From: Alphaproteobacteria bacterium
GTDB taxonomy: Bacteria > Pseudomonadota > Alphaproteobacteria > Rhizobiales > Xanthobacteraceae
Assembly: GCA_016869215.1 (NCBI GenBank)
Contig: VGEP01000011.1
Span: forward strand, 68,629 to 132,628
DNA length: 64,000 nucleotides
Direction of reading: 5' to 3'
Position 1 is the stretch's first letter. Every line of letters begins with the position of its first letter. Below are positions 27,094 to 36,147 of this stretch, one piece after another. The position numbers were made by a program, and so were the translations under genes. The notes below the pieces were generated by a model. It did not search any database and was not told the origin of the DNA. It was given only the letters and a program-made list of their open reading frames with translations.

Positions 27094-28437
27094 ATGACCG
27101 ATCCGCAAATCGGCATGTTGATGCTGGGGCTCTTCATCTTCATCATCATGCTGGGCTTCCCGATCGCGTTCACGCTGATCGCGATGGGCGTCGGCTTCGG
27201 CTACTACGCCTATTTCACGCCCGGCCAGGACATTCTTGCCAACCGCGTGTTCACGCTGCTGGTGCAGAAAACCTTCGAGGTCACCTCCAACGACGTTCTG
27301 ATCGCGGTCCCGTTATTCCTCTTCATGGGATACGTGGTCGAACGATCGAACATCCTCGAACGGCTGTTCCACTCGATTCAGCTTGCCATGCGCAACGTGC
27401 CCGGATCGCTCGCGGTCGCGGCGCTGATTACCTGCGCGCTGTTCGCCACCGCCACCGGCATCGTCGGCGCCGTGGTCACGCTGATGGGCCTGCTTGCCTA
27501 TCCGCAGATGCTCAAGGCCGGCTACGACAAGAAGCTGTCCGCGGGCGTGATCTGCGCCGGCGGCTGTCTCGGTATCCTGATTCCGCCCAGCATTCTACTG
27601 ATCGTCTATTCGGCGACCGCTGCCGTTTCGGTGGTCAAGCTCTATGCGGCGGCGATGCTTCCGGGCTTTCTGCTGGCCGGCCTCTACATCGTCTATGTGA
27701 TCGTCCGTGCGATCCTCAATCCGAGCCTGATGCCGAAGCTGCCCAGGGAAGAGACTGACGTTCCGTTCGCGACGATTTTCGTGGCGCTGCTGACATCGTT
27801 TTTCCCGCTCGCCATTCTGATCCTCTCGGTGCTGGGCGCGATCCTGTTCGGTCTTGCGACGCCTTCCGAGGCCGCTGCCGTCGGTGCGCTCGGCGCGCTG
27901 GTGCTCGCTGCCGCCTATCGGGCGTTGACTTTCGAACGGCTCAAGGAGGCGGTGTTCCTGACCGCGCGTACGACCGCGATGGTCTGCTACCTGTTCATCG
28001 GATCCTGGACCTTCTCCTCGGTGTTCTCCTACCTCGGCGGCCACTCGGTGGTGGAGCACTTCATCCTGTCGCTGGACATGTCGACGGTCCAGTTCCTGGT
28101 GCTGACGCAGATCATCATCTTCCTGCTCGGCTGGCCGCTGGAATGGTCGGAGATCATCATCATCTTCGTTCCGATCTTCTTGCCGCTCCTGCAGAAGTTC
28201 TCGGTCGATCCGATTTTCTTCGGCGTCCTGGTGGCGTTGAACATCCAGACCTCGTTCAACACGCCACCCATGGCAATGGCGGCCTATTACCTCAAGGGTA
28301 TCGCGCCGCCGCACGTGCAACTCACCGACATCTTCTCCGGCTCGCTGCCCTTCGTGTTCATGGTGTTCCTCTGCATGGTGATGGTCTACCTGGTGCCCGG
28401 TATCGTGCTTTGGCTGCCGAACTACCTGTACAATTGA
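27094..28437 (+). CDS. dctM: TRAP large permease DctM
   Basis: LGFPIAFTL, AVPLFLFMG, ATGIVGA, GILIPPSI, TPSEAAAVG, TPPMA. Confidence 0.93.
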   Translation: MTDPQIGMLMLGLFIFIIMLGFPIAFTLIAMGVGFGYYAYFTPGQDILANRVFTLLVQKTFEVTSNDVLIAVPLFLFMGYVVERSNILERLFHSIQLAMRNVPGSLAVAALITCALFATATGIVGAVVTLMGLLAYPQMLKAGYDKKLSAGVICAGGCLGILIPPSILLIVYSATAAVSVVKLYAAAMLPGFLLAGLYIVYVIVRAILNPSLMPKLPREETDVPFATIFVALLTSFFPLAILILSVLGAILFGLATPSEAAAVGALGALVLAAAYRALTFERLKEAVFLTARTTAMVCYLFIGSWTFSSVFSYLGGHSVVEHFILSLDMSTVQFLVLTQIIIFLLGWPLEWSEIIIIFVPIFLPLLQKFSVDPIFFGVLVALNIQTSFNTPPMAMAAYYLKGIAPPHVQLTDIFSGSLPFVFMVFLCMVMVYLVPGIVLWLPNYLYN

Positions 28438-28480
28438 CGCCGCGGCGCGCGGCTGTCCTGTTGGCGCCGGAGGGCGGACG

Positions 28481-29866
28481 ATGAGCCTTTGCGCCTATTC
28501 GCTGACCGAAGCCGCCGAACACATCCGCGAAGGCCGCGTCAGCTCCTCAGAACTGGTCACGGACTGCCTTGCCCGCATCGACGAGGTCGATCCCGGCGTT
28601 CAGGCATGGGCGCATCTCGATCGCGAGCATGTCCTCAACCAGGCCATGACGCTCGACCGCCTGCGCGCGGAGGGCAAGCCGACCGGACCGCTGCACGGCG
28701 TGCCGATCGGGATCAAGGACATCTTCGACACTGCCGACTACCCGACCGAGTTCGGTTCGCCGCTCTGGGCCGGGCGTACGCCGCGCCACGACGCGGCGGC
28801 GGTGGCCAGGCTGCGCGCCGCCGGCGCGGTGATCATGGGCAAAACCGTGACCACGGAATATGCTTATTTCCACCCTGGCAAGACCCGCAATCCGCACGAC
28901 CGCGAGCGCACGCCCGGCGGCTCGTCCAGCGGCTCGGCTGCGGCGGTCGCGGCGCACATGGTGCCGGGCGCGATCGGCAGCCAGACCAACGGATCGGTGA
29001 TCCGGCCCGCGGCCTATTGCGGCGTCGTCGGCTTCAAACCGACCCACGGGACGATCCCGCGCACCGGGGCGCTGCTGCTGTCGCGAACGCTCGATCATGT
29101 CGGCCTGTTCGCGCGAACGGTCGAGGACGTGGCGCTGCTCGCGGAATCGCTCGCCGGCCACGATCCGGAAGATCTCGATACGCGTCCGAAGGCGCGTCCG
29201 CCCTTCGCTTCGACCGCCGCGAGCGAGCCGCCCTTGCCGCCGCGCTTTGCATTCGTGAAATCGCCGGCCTGGGAGCACGCCGAGCCAGTCACGCGCGAGG
29301 CATTCGCCGAGCTTGTCGATGCGCTCGGCGAGCAGGCGTCCGAGGTGGAAATCGGCGAGAGTTACGCGCGCGCGTTCGATTTCCAGCGCACCGTGATGGA
29401 AGTCGAGATGGCCCATAATTTCCATCGCGACTACGAGCAGGGCGGCGACAAGTTGAGCGCGCGGCTGCGCCAGCTGATCGAGCGCGGCCGTGCGATGCGA
29501 GCCGTGGACTACACCGGGGCGGTCGCCGCCATCGGCCCCATGAACGAGGGGCTCGACGCGGTCTTCGACGAGTATGACGCGATCCTGACGCCGGCGGCGC
29601 CCGGCGAGGCGCCGCGCGGGCTGGATTCGACCGGAAATCCGATATTCTGCACGCTCTGGACCTACCTCGGGACGCCGGCCGTCACGCTGCCGCTGCTGCG
29701 CACTGAGGCCGGCCTACCGCTGGGGGTACAACTGGTCGCCCGGCGCGGCAACGACGCGCGCCTCTTGCGTACGGCGCGCTGGCTTGTCAAAACTATCGAG
29801 CGCGCCAGTCGGCGTCGGGGCGGGGCTTCGAAAGCCAAGCGCGGCGGGAAAGGGAGAGCGTCATGA
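28481..29866 (+). CDS. Amidase signature family enzyme
   Basis: IGIKDIFD (Lys), TPGGSSSGSAAAVA, IGSQTNGSVIRPAAYCG (Ser-cisSer-Lys triad). Confidence 0.93.
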   Translation: MSLCAYSLTEAAEHIREGRVSSSELVTDCLARIDEVDPGVQAWAHLDREHVLNQAMTLDRLRAEGKPTGPLHGVPIGIKDIFDTADYPTEFGSPLWAGRTPRHDAAAVARLRAAGAVIMGKTVTTEYAYFHPGKTRNPHDRERTPGGSSSGSAAAVAAHMVPGAIGSQTNGSVIRPAAYCGVVGFKPTHGTIPRTGALLLSRTLDHVGLFARTVEDVALLAESLAGHDPEDLDTRPKARPPFASTAASEPPLPPRFAFVKSPAWEHAEPVTREAFAELVDALGEQASEVEIGESYARAFDFQRTVMEVEMAHNFHRDYEQGGDKLSARLRQLIERGRAMRAVDYTGAVAAIGPMNEGLDAVFDEYDAILTPAAPGEAPRGLDSTGNPIFCTLWTYLGTPAVTLPLLRTEAGLPLGVQLVARRGNDARLLRTARWLVKTIERASRRRGGASKAKRGGKGRAS

Positions 29867-30039
29867 TCAACTTGGTGACCGGGCTGATCGGCCTTGCCAT
29901 GGTCGTGACGTTTCTTGGCTACATGGTCGTGTGGGTCAAGGCGATCCCGCTGATCGTCATCGTCGTGTTCGTGATGGGCCTTGCCGCCATCGACCTGTGG
30001 CAGTCCTTCCGTCAAGGCGAGAACAGCGCCGTCCGTTAG
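29863..30039 (+). CDS. Small two-TM membrane protein (58 aa; not in ORF track)
   Basis: ATGA overlap with the amidase stop, GGGAGAG RBS; MINLVTGLIGLAMVVTFLGYMVVWVKAIPLIVIVVFVMGLAAIDLWQSFRQGENSAVR. Confidence 0.7.
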   Translation: MINLVTGLIGLAMVVTFLGYMVVWVKAIPLIVIVVFVMGLAAIDLWQSFRQGENSAVR

Positions 30040-30135
30040 CGGCGCGCGCGAACCGCCCGCGGGCGGGCTACCGGCGTATCCAAATCTTGCGTCTGTGATC
30101 TTGCGTACCGTTCCATCGTGGAGAGGGCGGTATCG

Positions 30136-31260
30136 ATGCCAGCGGATTCCGCGCGCAAGCCAGGCGGAACGGCACGGCGAAGGTTTCTCGGCGCGGCAGC
30201 GGCCGCAGGCGCCGCAGCGATCGCGGCGCCGCGCGTGGCGCGCGCGCAGGCTGTGCACTGGCGCGTGCAAAGCGCATGGTCGTCGCGCGATATCTTTCAC
30301 GAATTCGCCCAGGGTTATGCCACGGCAGTCGGCACGATGTCCGGCGGCAGGCTCAAGATCGAAATGCTCTCGGGCGGCGCGGTGGTCCCGCCGTTTCAGA
30401 TGGCAGAGGCGGTGCACTCCGGCATTCTCGACGGTGCGCACGGCACGGCGGCGCTGCGCCACAACAAGCACAAGGCCAATTCGCTGTTCGGCACGCCGCC
30501 GTCGTTCGGCTGGGACTCGCACAGCTTCCTGGGCTGGTTCTACTACGGCGGCGGCGAGGCGCTCTATAAGGAGCTGCTCAATGGCATCCTGCGATTGAAC
30601 GTGGTCGGTTGGCTGCATTTCCCGATGCCGAACCAGCCGCTCGGCTGGTTCAAGAAGGAGATCACACGCGTCCAGGATTTCCGCGGCCTGCGCTACCGGA
30701 CTGGCGGGCTGGTCGGCGAACTGTTCCAATCGCTTGGCGCGCAGGTCACGCTATTGCCGGGCGGCGACGTCGCGGCTGCGATCGACCGCGGTGTGCTCGA
30801 CGCCACCGATTCCAACAACCCGACCGCGGACATCCTGCTCGGCCTTCCGGGCGTGGCGAAGGTCTACGTGCTGGGCGGGCACCATCAGCCGGTCGAGGCG
30901 TTCGAAGTCCTGTTCAACAAGTCCAAGTACGACGCGCTGCCGGGCGAGCTCAGGGAAATTCTGCGCCAGGCGTCGTTCGCGGCGTCCAGCGACAATCTTT
31001 GGCGCGCCTACGACCGCTATGCGCGGGATTTCCAGGAGATCGGCCGGCGCGGCGTCAAGGTCTTCAGGGCCGGGCCGCAGTTTCTGGACGACCAGCTCAA
31101 AGCCTGGGACCGGGTGCTGGCCGCGCTGTCCAAGGAAGCATTCTTCGCCAAGGTCGTCGCGTCGCAGAAGGCCTGGGTGCGCCGGACGGGCGCCTATTTC
31201 CAGGCCGCGAGCCTCGACAGCGAGGCGCTGTCGCGGGCCTACAAGCACCACTTCGGTTGA
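30136..31260 (+). CDS. dctP: Orphan TRAP substrate-binding protein DctP (Tat signal)
   Basis: ARRRFL Tat motif; VQSAWS, NQPLGWFKK, GLRYRT; paralogous to 25231..26361. Confidence 0.88.
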   Translation: MPADSARKPGGTARRRFLGAAAAAGAAAIAAPRVARAQAVHWRVQSAWSSRDIFHEFAQGYATAVGTMSGGRLKIEMLSGGAVVPPFQMAEAVHSGILDGAHGTAALRHNKHKANSLFGTPPSFGWDSHSFLGWFYYGGGEALYKELLNGILRLNVVGWLHFPMPNQPLGWFKKEITRVQDFRGLRYRTGGLVGELFQSLGAQVTLLPGGDVAAAIDRGVLDATDSNNPTADILLGLPGVAKVYVLGGHHQPVEAFEVLFNKSKYDALPGELREILRQASFAASSDNLWRAYDRYARDFQEIGRRGVKVFRAGPQFLDDQLKAWDRVLAALSKEAFFAKVVASQKAWVRRTGAYFQAASLDSEALSRAYKHHFG

Positions 31261-31271
31261 GCAGGAAACAA

Positions 31272-31305
31272 ACGCGCCGCCGCCCGGTTCAGGACGGCGG
31301 CGCGT
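31272..31305. terminator. Hairpin between convergent genes
   Basis: ACGCGCCGCCG/CGGCGGCGCGT 11-bp stem. Confidence 0.5.
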
Positions 31306-31325
31306 GACGTGACGTGTCTGCGCGA

Positions 31326-32201
31326 TCAGGCGGCCTTCGGCGGCGCGCCAAGATGCTCGCGGAAGAATTCAAGCGTACGCTGCCAGGCGAGGTCGGCGGC
31401 GGCCTTGTTTTAGCGCGCAGCGCCGAGGTCGTTGTTGAAGGCGTGCTGAGTTCCCGGATAGACGTGCTTGACGTAGCGCTTGTTGTTGGCCTTCAGCGCC
31501 GCCTCGTAGGCCTCGATGCCGGCATTCACGCCGTCGTCCTTGTCGGCGTAGTGCAGCATCAGCGGTGCGCGGATGTTGGGCACCTGCGCCGCGGGGACCT
31601 GGCGGCCGTAGTAGGCGACGCCTGCGTCGAGCTCCTGGCTCGACGCGGCGAGGCGATTGACCATCAGGCCTCCGAAGCAGAAGCCGACCGCGCCGACCTT
31701 GCCGGTCGATTCCGGGTGCTTCTTGAGGAACGACACCGCAGCAACCAGCGCCGCAACCGCGTCGTCCTGGTTCATCTTCGGGTGCAGCGCGCGCGCGTCG
31801 TCCTCGCTCGCCGGCGTTCCGCCCACAAGCGAGAGCAGGTCCACCGCGTAGCCGAGATAGCCTTCGAGCGCGTAGCGCCGCGCGACGTCTTCCAGGTGCG
31901 GATTGAGACCGCGGTTCTCGTGGATCACCAGCACCACCGGGCGCTTGCCCTTGGCCTTGGCGCGGGCGAGGTAGCCGTTGATTTTGCCTTTCGGCGAATC
32001 GTAGGCAATGCGCTCGGTCACGAGGCGGGCGTCGTTGGCCGCGACGATGGCGGCCTGGGCGTAGTTGTTTTCCAGCAGCGGCACCAGGGCCGCGGCGGCC
32101 GCGGCCGAGCCGGCCAGTCCCCTCAGCCGGTCGAGAAAGGTCCGGCGGGACATGTCGCCGTGGGTGAAGTCGTCGTAGAGATCGATGATGCGTTGGTCCA
32201 T
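31326..32201 (-). pseudogene. Dienelactone hydrolase family gene (YghX-like) with premature TAA, or a sequencing error
   Basis: MDQRIIDLYDDFTHG..SRRTF, HENRGLNPH, GFCFGG nucleophile, HAFNND. TAA at 31410-31412 is followed in frame by NKAAADLAWQRTLEFFREHLGAPPKAA-TGA. Confidence 0.8.
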
Positions 32202-32316
32202 CTTGGTCCTCCCAGAAAGCACTCGAGACGATAACACGGCGGCGGGCCCTGTATTCCTTGCGCGGCCCCCCGCAAGGGCGGAGATTCCGGCCACAAACGG
32301 CGATTCGGAGACGGCC

Positions 32317-32505
32317 ATGTGGCAGGAGCGGCTGAACGAGTTCGTCACGCTATTCCTGGTCGTGAACCCGATCGCCGTCCTGCCGGTCTTCCTCACGGTG
32401 ACGAGTGGGCTCGACCGCGCGGTGCAACGCAAGATCGTGCTGACCGGCTGGCTCGGACTGCCGCGACTTTTGCGCGCATGGTCACTTTCCGCGGCGCGTG
32501 AATAA
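32317..32505 (+). pseudogene. Truncated MarC-family membrane protein (N-terminal ~44 aa)
   Basis: RBS GGAG; FVTLFLVVNPIAVLPVFLTVT..LDRAVQRKIV matches MarC TM1, then the sequence degenerates and stops at 62 aa. Confidence 0.72.
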
Positions 32506-32595
32506 TTCTTGACCTTGCTGCCGCACCGCCGTTGATAGGCGGCGCTTCCTCGTGCCGGCCCGCGGCCGGCTCCCAAATAATAACCGGAGTTGAGA

Positions 32596-33000
32596 ATGGT
32601 TCGAAGCCGATCCTGGATTGCTGGACTTGCAGTGTGCGCGGCAGCGGCGCTGCCGTCCGAGAGCGCGGCCCAGGGCGGTTTTCCATTCGAACGCGAATTG
32701 ATCATGGACGTCGCGCCGATGCGCGGCTCCAAGCGCATCCCGAACATGGACATCGCCGCAAACGGCGCGATGGCCATGGAGATGTGGTGCAACCGCGTCG
32801 AAGGCCAGATGGTCGTTGCCGGGGATACGGTCACAGTCCTGACCGGCCCGACCACAAACCGGCAGTGCCCGCCGGAGCGCGCCAAGGGCGACGCCGAATT
32901 GCTGGCGGCGCTCCAGGAGGTGACCGGTTGGCGCCGGCAGGGCAGCACGGTCATGCTGATCGGTCCGCGCACGCTGCGATTCCGCCTGCCGACCAATTAG
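32596..33000 (+). CDS. META (HslJ-like) domain secreted protein
   Basis: Signal peptide; WCNRVEG, GP.T..QCPPER, L...LQEVTGWRRQG..L.LIG pattern. Confidence 0.75.
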   Translation: MVRSRSWIAGLAVCAAAALPSESAAQGGFPFERELIMDVAPMRGSKRIPNMDIAANGAMAMEMWCNRVEGQMVVAGDTVTVLTGPTTNRQCPPERAKGDAELLAALQEVTGWRRQGSTVMLIGPRTLRFRLPTN

Positions 33001-33110
33001 GCGCGATGCCCAGCACCTGATCGGCCGCAGGCAACCCTGCCTATTTTCCCGGCCCGCCTACCTTGAATGCACGCCGTTTCGGGGGACAATACCCCGACCT
33101 GGTCATGCCG

Positions 33111-33146
33111 GCTTGGCCCAATGCTTGGCCAAATGCTTGGCCCATG
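33111..33146. repeat. Three tandem 12-bp units GCTTGGCC(C/A)A(A/T)(T/G)
   Basis: GCTTGGCCCAAT-GCTTGGCCAAAT-GCTTGGCCCATG. Confidence 0.8.
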
Positions 33147-33153
33147 CCTTGCT
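33137..33153 (+). promoter_or_regulatory. Sigma54 (-24/-12) promoter
   Basis: TTGGCCCATGCCTTGCT: GG (33139-40) and GC (33151-52) with exact N10 spacing, 33 nt before the dctP start. Confidence 0.7.
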
Positions 33154-33185
33154 TAAAGGCCGTGCAGCAACAACGGGAGGTGGCC

Positions 33186-34271
33186 ATGCGACGTCGCGAC
33201 TTCACCAAATTGGCGCTGGCAGGCGCCGCAGGCACCATCGCCGCGCCGGCGGTGGTCAAGGCACAAGCGCGCTTCAACTGGAAGATGACCAGCTTCTACG
33301 GCCCGAACGCCGCGTTCTATTCGACCGGGCCGGGCAGCGCGAAGGACTTGGTCAAGCGCATCGACGACATGTCGGGCGGCCGGCTCAAGATTCAGTTCTT
33401 CGGCGCGGGCGAACTGATCCCGGCGGCCGAAGGCTTCGACGCGGTGTCTTCCGGCACGGTCGAAATGAACTATGCCAACTCGTATTTCTGGACCGGCAAG
33501 AGCTTCGCCGCGCAGTACTTCACCGCGGTGCCGTTCGGGCTGAACTTCCAGGGTTTCAACGGGTGGTACTACGACGGCGGCGGCGCGCAGCTGTGGCGCG
33601 AGGTCTACGACCGCTTCAATCTGGTTCCGATCCTGTGCGGCAACACCGGCGTGCAGATGACCGGCTGGTTCCGCAAGGAGATCAAGACCGTCGACGACCT
33701 CAAGGGCATCAAGATGCGCATTCCGGGCCTCGCCGGGCGCGTCTATCGGGAGCTCGGCGTCGACTCACGGTTGATCGCGCCGGGCGAGATTTTCCCGAAC
33801 CTCGAACGCGGCGTCATCGATGCGGCCGAGTTCGTGGGGCCGTTCCTCGACCGCCAGCTCGGCCTGCACAAGGTCGCCAAATACTATTACACGACCGGCT
33901 GGCACGAGATGGCGACCGCGAGCGAACTCGTCGTCAACAAGGCAAGGTGGGCGAGCCTGCCAGCCGACCTCCAGGCGATCGTCGAGAACGCCTGCGCCGC
34001 CTGCAACGTCATCAGCGAAGCGTGGTGCCAGAAGAACAACGCCGAGGCCATGGAAGACCTGATCAAGAACCACGGCACGATCGCACAGCCCTTGCCCGAC
34101 GACGTGGTGAAGGCGCTGCGCGCGGCGACCAACAAGATTCTGGCCGAAGCCGTTGCGAAAGACCCGGTCACCAAAAAGGTCCACGACTCTTACATGGCCT
34201 ACAAGGCCAAGTACGACGATTGGGCCGACCGGAGCGAGACGGTCTATCACAACAAGATCCGCAAGGGCTGA
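33186..34271 (+). CDS. dctP: TRAP substrate-binding protein DctP (Tat signal)
   Basis: MRRRDFTK Tat motif; GNTGVQMTGWFRKEI, GIKMRIPG, LERGVIDAAEFVGP. Confidence 0.92.
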   Translation: MRRRDFTKLALAGAAGTIAAPAVVKAQARFNWKMTSFYGPNAAFYSTGPGSAKDLVKRIDDMSGGRLKIQFFGAGELIPAAEGFDAVSSGTVEMNYANSYFWTGKSFAAQYFTAVPFGLNFQGFNGWYYDGGGAQLWREVYDRFNLVPILCGNTGVQMTGWFRKEIKTVDDLKGIKMRIPGLAGRVYRELGVDSRLIAPGEIFPNLERGVIDAAEFVGPFLDRQLGLHKVAKYYYTTGWHEMATASELVVNKARWASLPADLQAIVENACAACNVISEAWCQKNNAEAMEDLIKNHGTIAQPLPDDVVKALRAATNKILAEAVAKDPVTKKVHDSYMAYKAKYDDWADRSETVYHNKIRKG

Positions 34272-34274
34272 CGG

Positions 34275-34778
34275 GTGACGGCTGCCGAGAAGCTGGCCGG
34301 CGGGATCGATCGGTTCATCGACCTCGTCGGCCGTGCCACGTCCTGGGTCGCGTTGATCCTCGCGCTCGTGATGGGCGCGAACGTGCTGCTGCGTTACGGC
34401 TTCTCGCTCGGCTGGATCTGGGCGCAGGAGCTTGAGTGGCACCTGCTGGTGCCGATCGTGCTGTTCGGCATGTCCTATGCGCTGCGCCACGGCGAGCACG
34501 TGCGCGTGGATATTCTGTACGCCGGTTTCCAGCCGCGGACCAAGCTGGCGATCGAGCTGCTGTCGGCTGCGCTGTCCATGGCGTTCGCGCTGATCGTGGT
34601 CTGGCTTTCCATTCCTTACGTCGGTCAATCCTGGAGCATCGGCGAGGGTACAGCCAATCCTGGCGGCATCGACTACCGCTACGTCATCAAGGCCTTTATT
34701 CCTGCCGGCTTTGCGCTTCTGTTCGTCCAGTCCCTGTCGCAGGCGATCCGCGCCGGGCTTCAGTTGCGGAGCGCCTGA
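34275..34778 (+). CDS. dctQ: TRAP small permease DctQ
   Basis: VLLRYGF, QELEWHL, EHVRVDILY. Confidence 0.9.
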   Translation: MTAAEKLAGGIDRFIDLVGRATSWVALILALVMGANVLLRYGFSLGWIWAQELEWHLLVPIVLFGMSYALRHGEHVRVDILYAGFQPRTKLAIELLSAALSMAFALIVVWLSIPYVGQSWSIGEGTANPGGIDYRYVIKAFIPAGFALLFVQSLSQAIRAGLQLRSA

Positions 34779-36103
34779 TGCCGTACCTGGAAATCCTCGC
34801 CATCCTGATGCTGGCGTCGTTTTTCGTCATGCTCATGGCGGGCATTCCGGTCGGCCTGACGCTGGCGACGGCGGGATTCGTGTTCGGCTTTCTCGGTTTC
34901 GGCACATTGCTGTTCAATCTCCTGCCGCACCGTATTTTTGGCGTCGTCACAAACTCCACGCTGCTTGCCATCCCGCTGTTCGTGTTCATGGGGGTGATGC
35001 TGGAGAAATCCAAGCTCGCCGAAGACCTGATGGACGTGATCGGCTACGCGGCGGGTGGTGTGCGCGGCGGTTTCGGCATCGGTATCATTCTGGTCGGCGT
35101 GCTGATGGGCGCGACCACCGGCATCGTCGGTGCGACGGTGGTGACGCTCGGCCTGCTCACGCTGCCCGGCATGCTGCGCCGCGGCTACGACCGGGGGCTC
35201 GCCTGCGGGGTGATCTGCGCGTCGGGGACGCTAGGCCAGATCATTCCGCCGAGCCTGATCCTGATCCTTCTCGCCGACATCATGAATCTTTCGGTGGGCA
35301 CGCTGTTCGCCGCGGCGATGCTTCCCGGCATGATGCTGGCTGCGATCTACGTGATCTACATCCTGGTGCTCGGGATGCTGAACCCGTCGATGGTGCCGGC
35401 GATCCCGAAGGAGGAGCGCGATCTCATCTCCGGGGCGGAACTGGCGCGCAAGCTCCTGCGCGTCGTGGGGCCGCCGGTCGGCTTGGTCGCGGCCGTGCTC
35501 GGCTCGATCATCGCCGGCATCGCGGCGCCGTCGGAGGCAGCTTCCATGGGCGCGCTCGGTTCGATCGTGGTGGCGGCGATCGGCCGGCGGTTCAGCTGGA
35601 CGGTGCTGCGCGACACGGTGCAGACCTCCACAAAGATCACCGCCATGGTGATGTTCATCCTGGTCTGCGCGCAGGTGTTCGCACTCGCATTTCGCGGCCT
35701 GCAGGGCGAGCGGCTGGTTCACGACCTGTTCGCGTTCCTGCCCGGCGGAGTCTGGGCCGACGTCTGGTTCCTGATGTTCATTATCTTCGTGCTCGGCTTT
35801 TTCATCGAGTGGATCGAGATTTCCTATATCGCAGTACCGCTGTTTCTCCCGGTGTTCGCCACCGCCAACGTGGACATGGTGTGGCTTGCGACGCTGATCT
35901 GCGTGAACCTCCAGACCTCGTTCCTCACGCCGCCGTTCGGCTGGTCGCTGTTCTTCCTGCGAGGCGTGGCGCCGCCCGAGGTCAAGACCGCGGAAATGTA
36001 CAAGGGCGTGCTGCCATTCGTCGCAATGCAGATTGTGGCGCTGCTGCTGGTATTCATTTTTCCCGGCATCGCGACCTGGCTGCCCAAGGCCATCGGCTGG
36101 TAG
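34778..36103 (+). CDS. dctM: TRAP large permease DctM
   Basis: AIPLFVFMG, ATTGIVGA, GTLGQIIPPS, QTSFLTPPFG. Confidence 0.93.
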   Translation: MPYLEILAILMLASFFVMLMAGIPVGLTLATAGFVFGFLGFGTLLFNLLPHRIFGVVTNSTLLAIPLFVFMGVMLEKSKLAEDLMDVIGYAAGGVRGGFGIGIILVGVLMGATTGIVGATVVTLGLLTLPGMLRRGYDRGLACGVICASGTLGQIIPPSLILILLADIMNLSVGTLFAAAMLPGMMLAAIYVIYILVLGMLNPSMVPAIPKEERDLISGAELARKLLRVVGPPVGLVAAVLGSIIAGIAAPSEAASMGALGSIVVAAIGRRFSWTVLRDTVQTSTKITAMVMFILVCAQVFALAFRGLQGERLVHDLFAFLPGGVWADVWFLMFIIFVLGFFIEWIEISYIAVPLFLPVFATANVDMVWLATLICVNLQTSFLTPPFGWSLFFLRGVAPPEVKTAEMYKGVLPFVAMQIVALLLVFIFPGIATWLPKAIGW

Positions 36104-36147
36104 CGGCCACGTCTGCCCATCTGGAAATTGCGTGGTAAGGTCGGCGC

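Noticed and set aside
32202-32996. Upstream extension of ORF 31410..32996 (528 aa) as a fusion protein
   Set aside because: The extension is antisense to the MarC fragment and META gene. The hydrolase has its own start at 32201 (MDQRIID).
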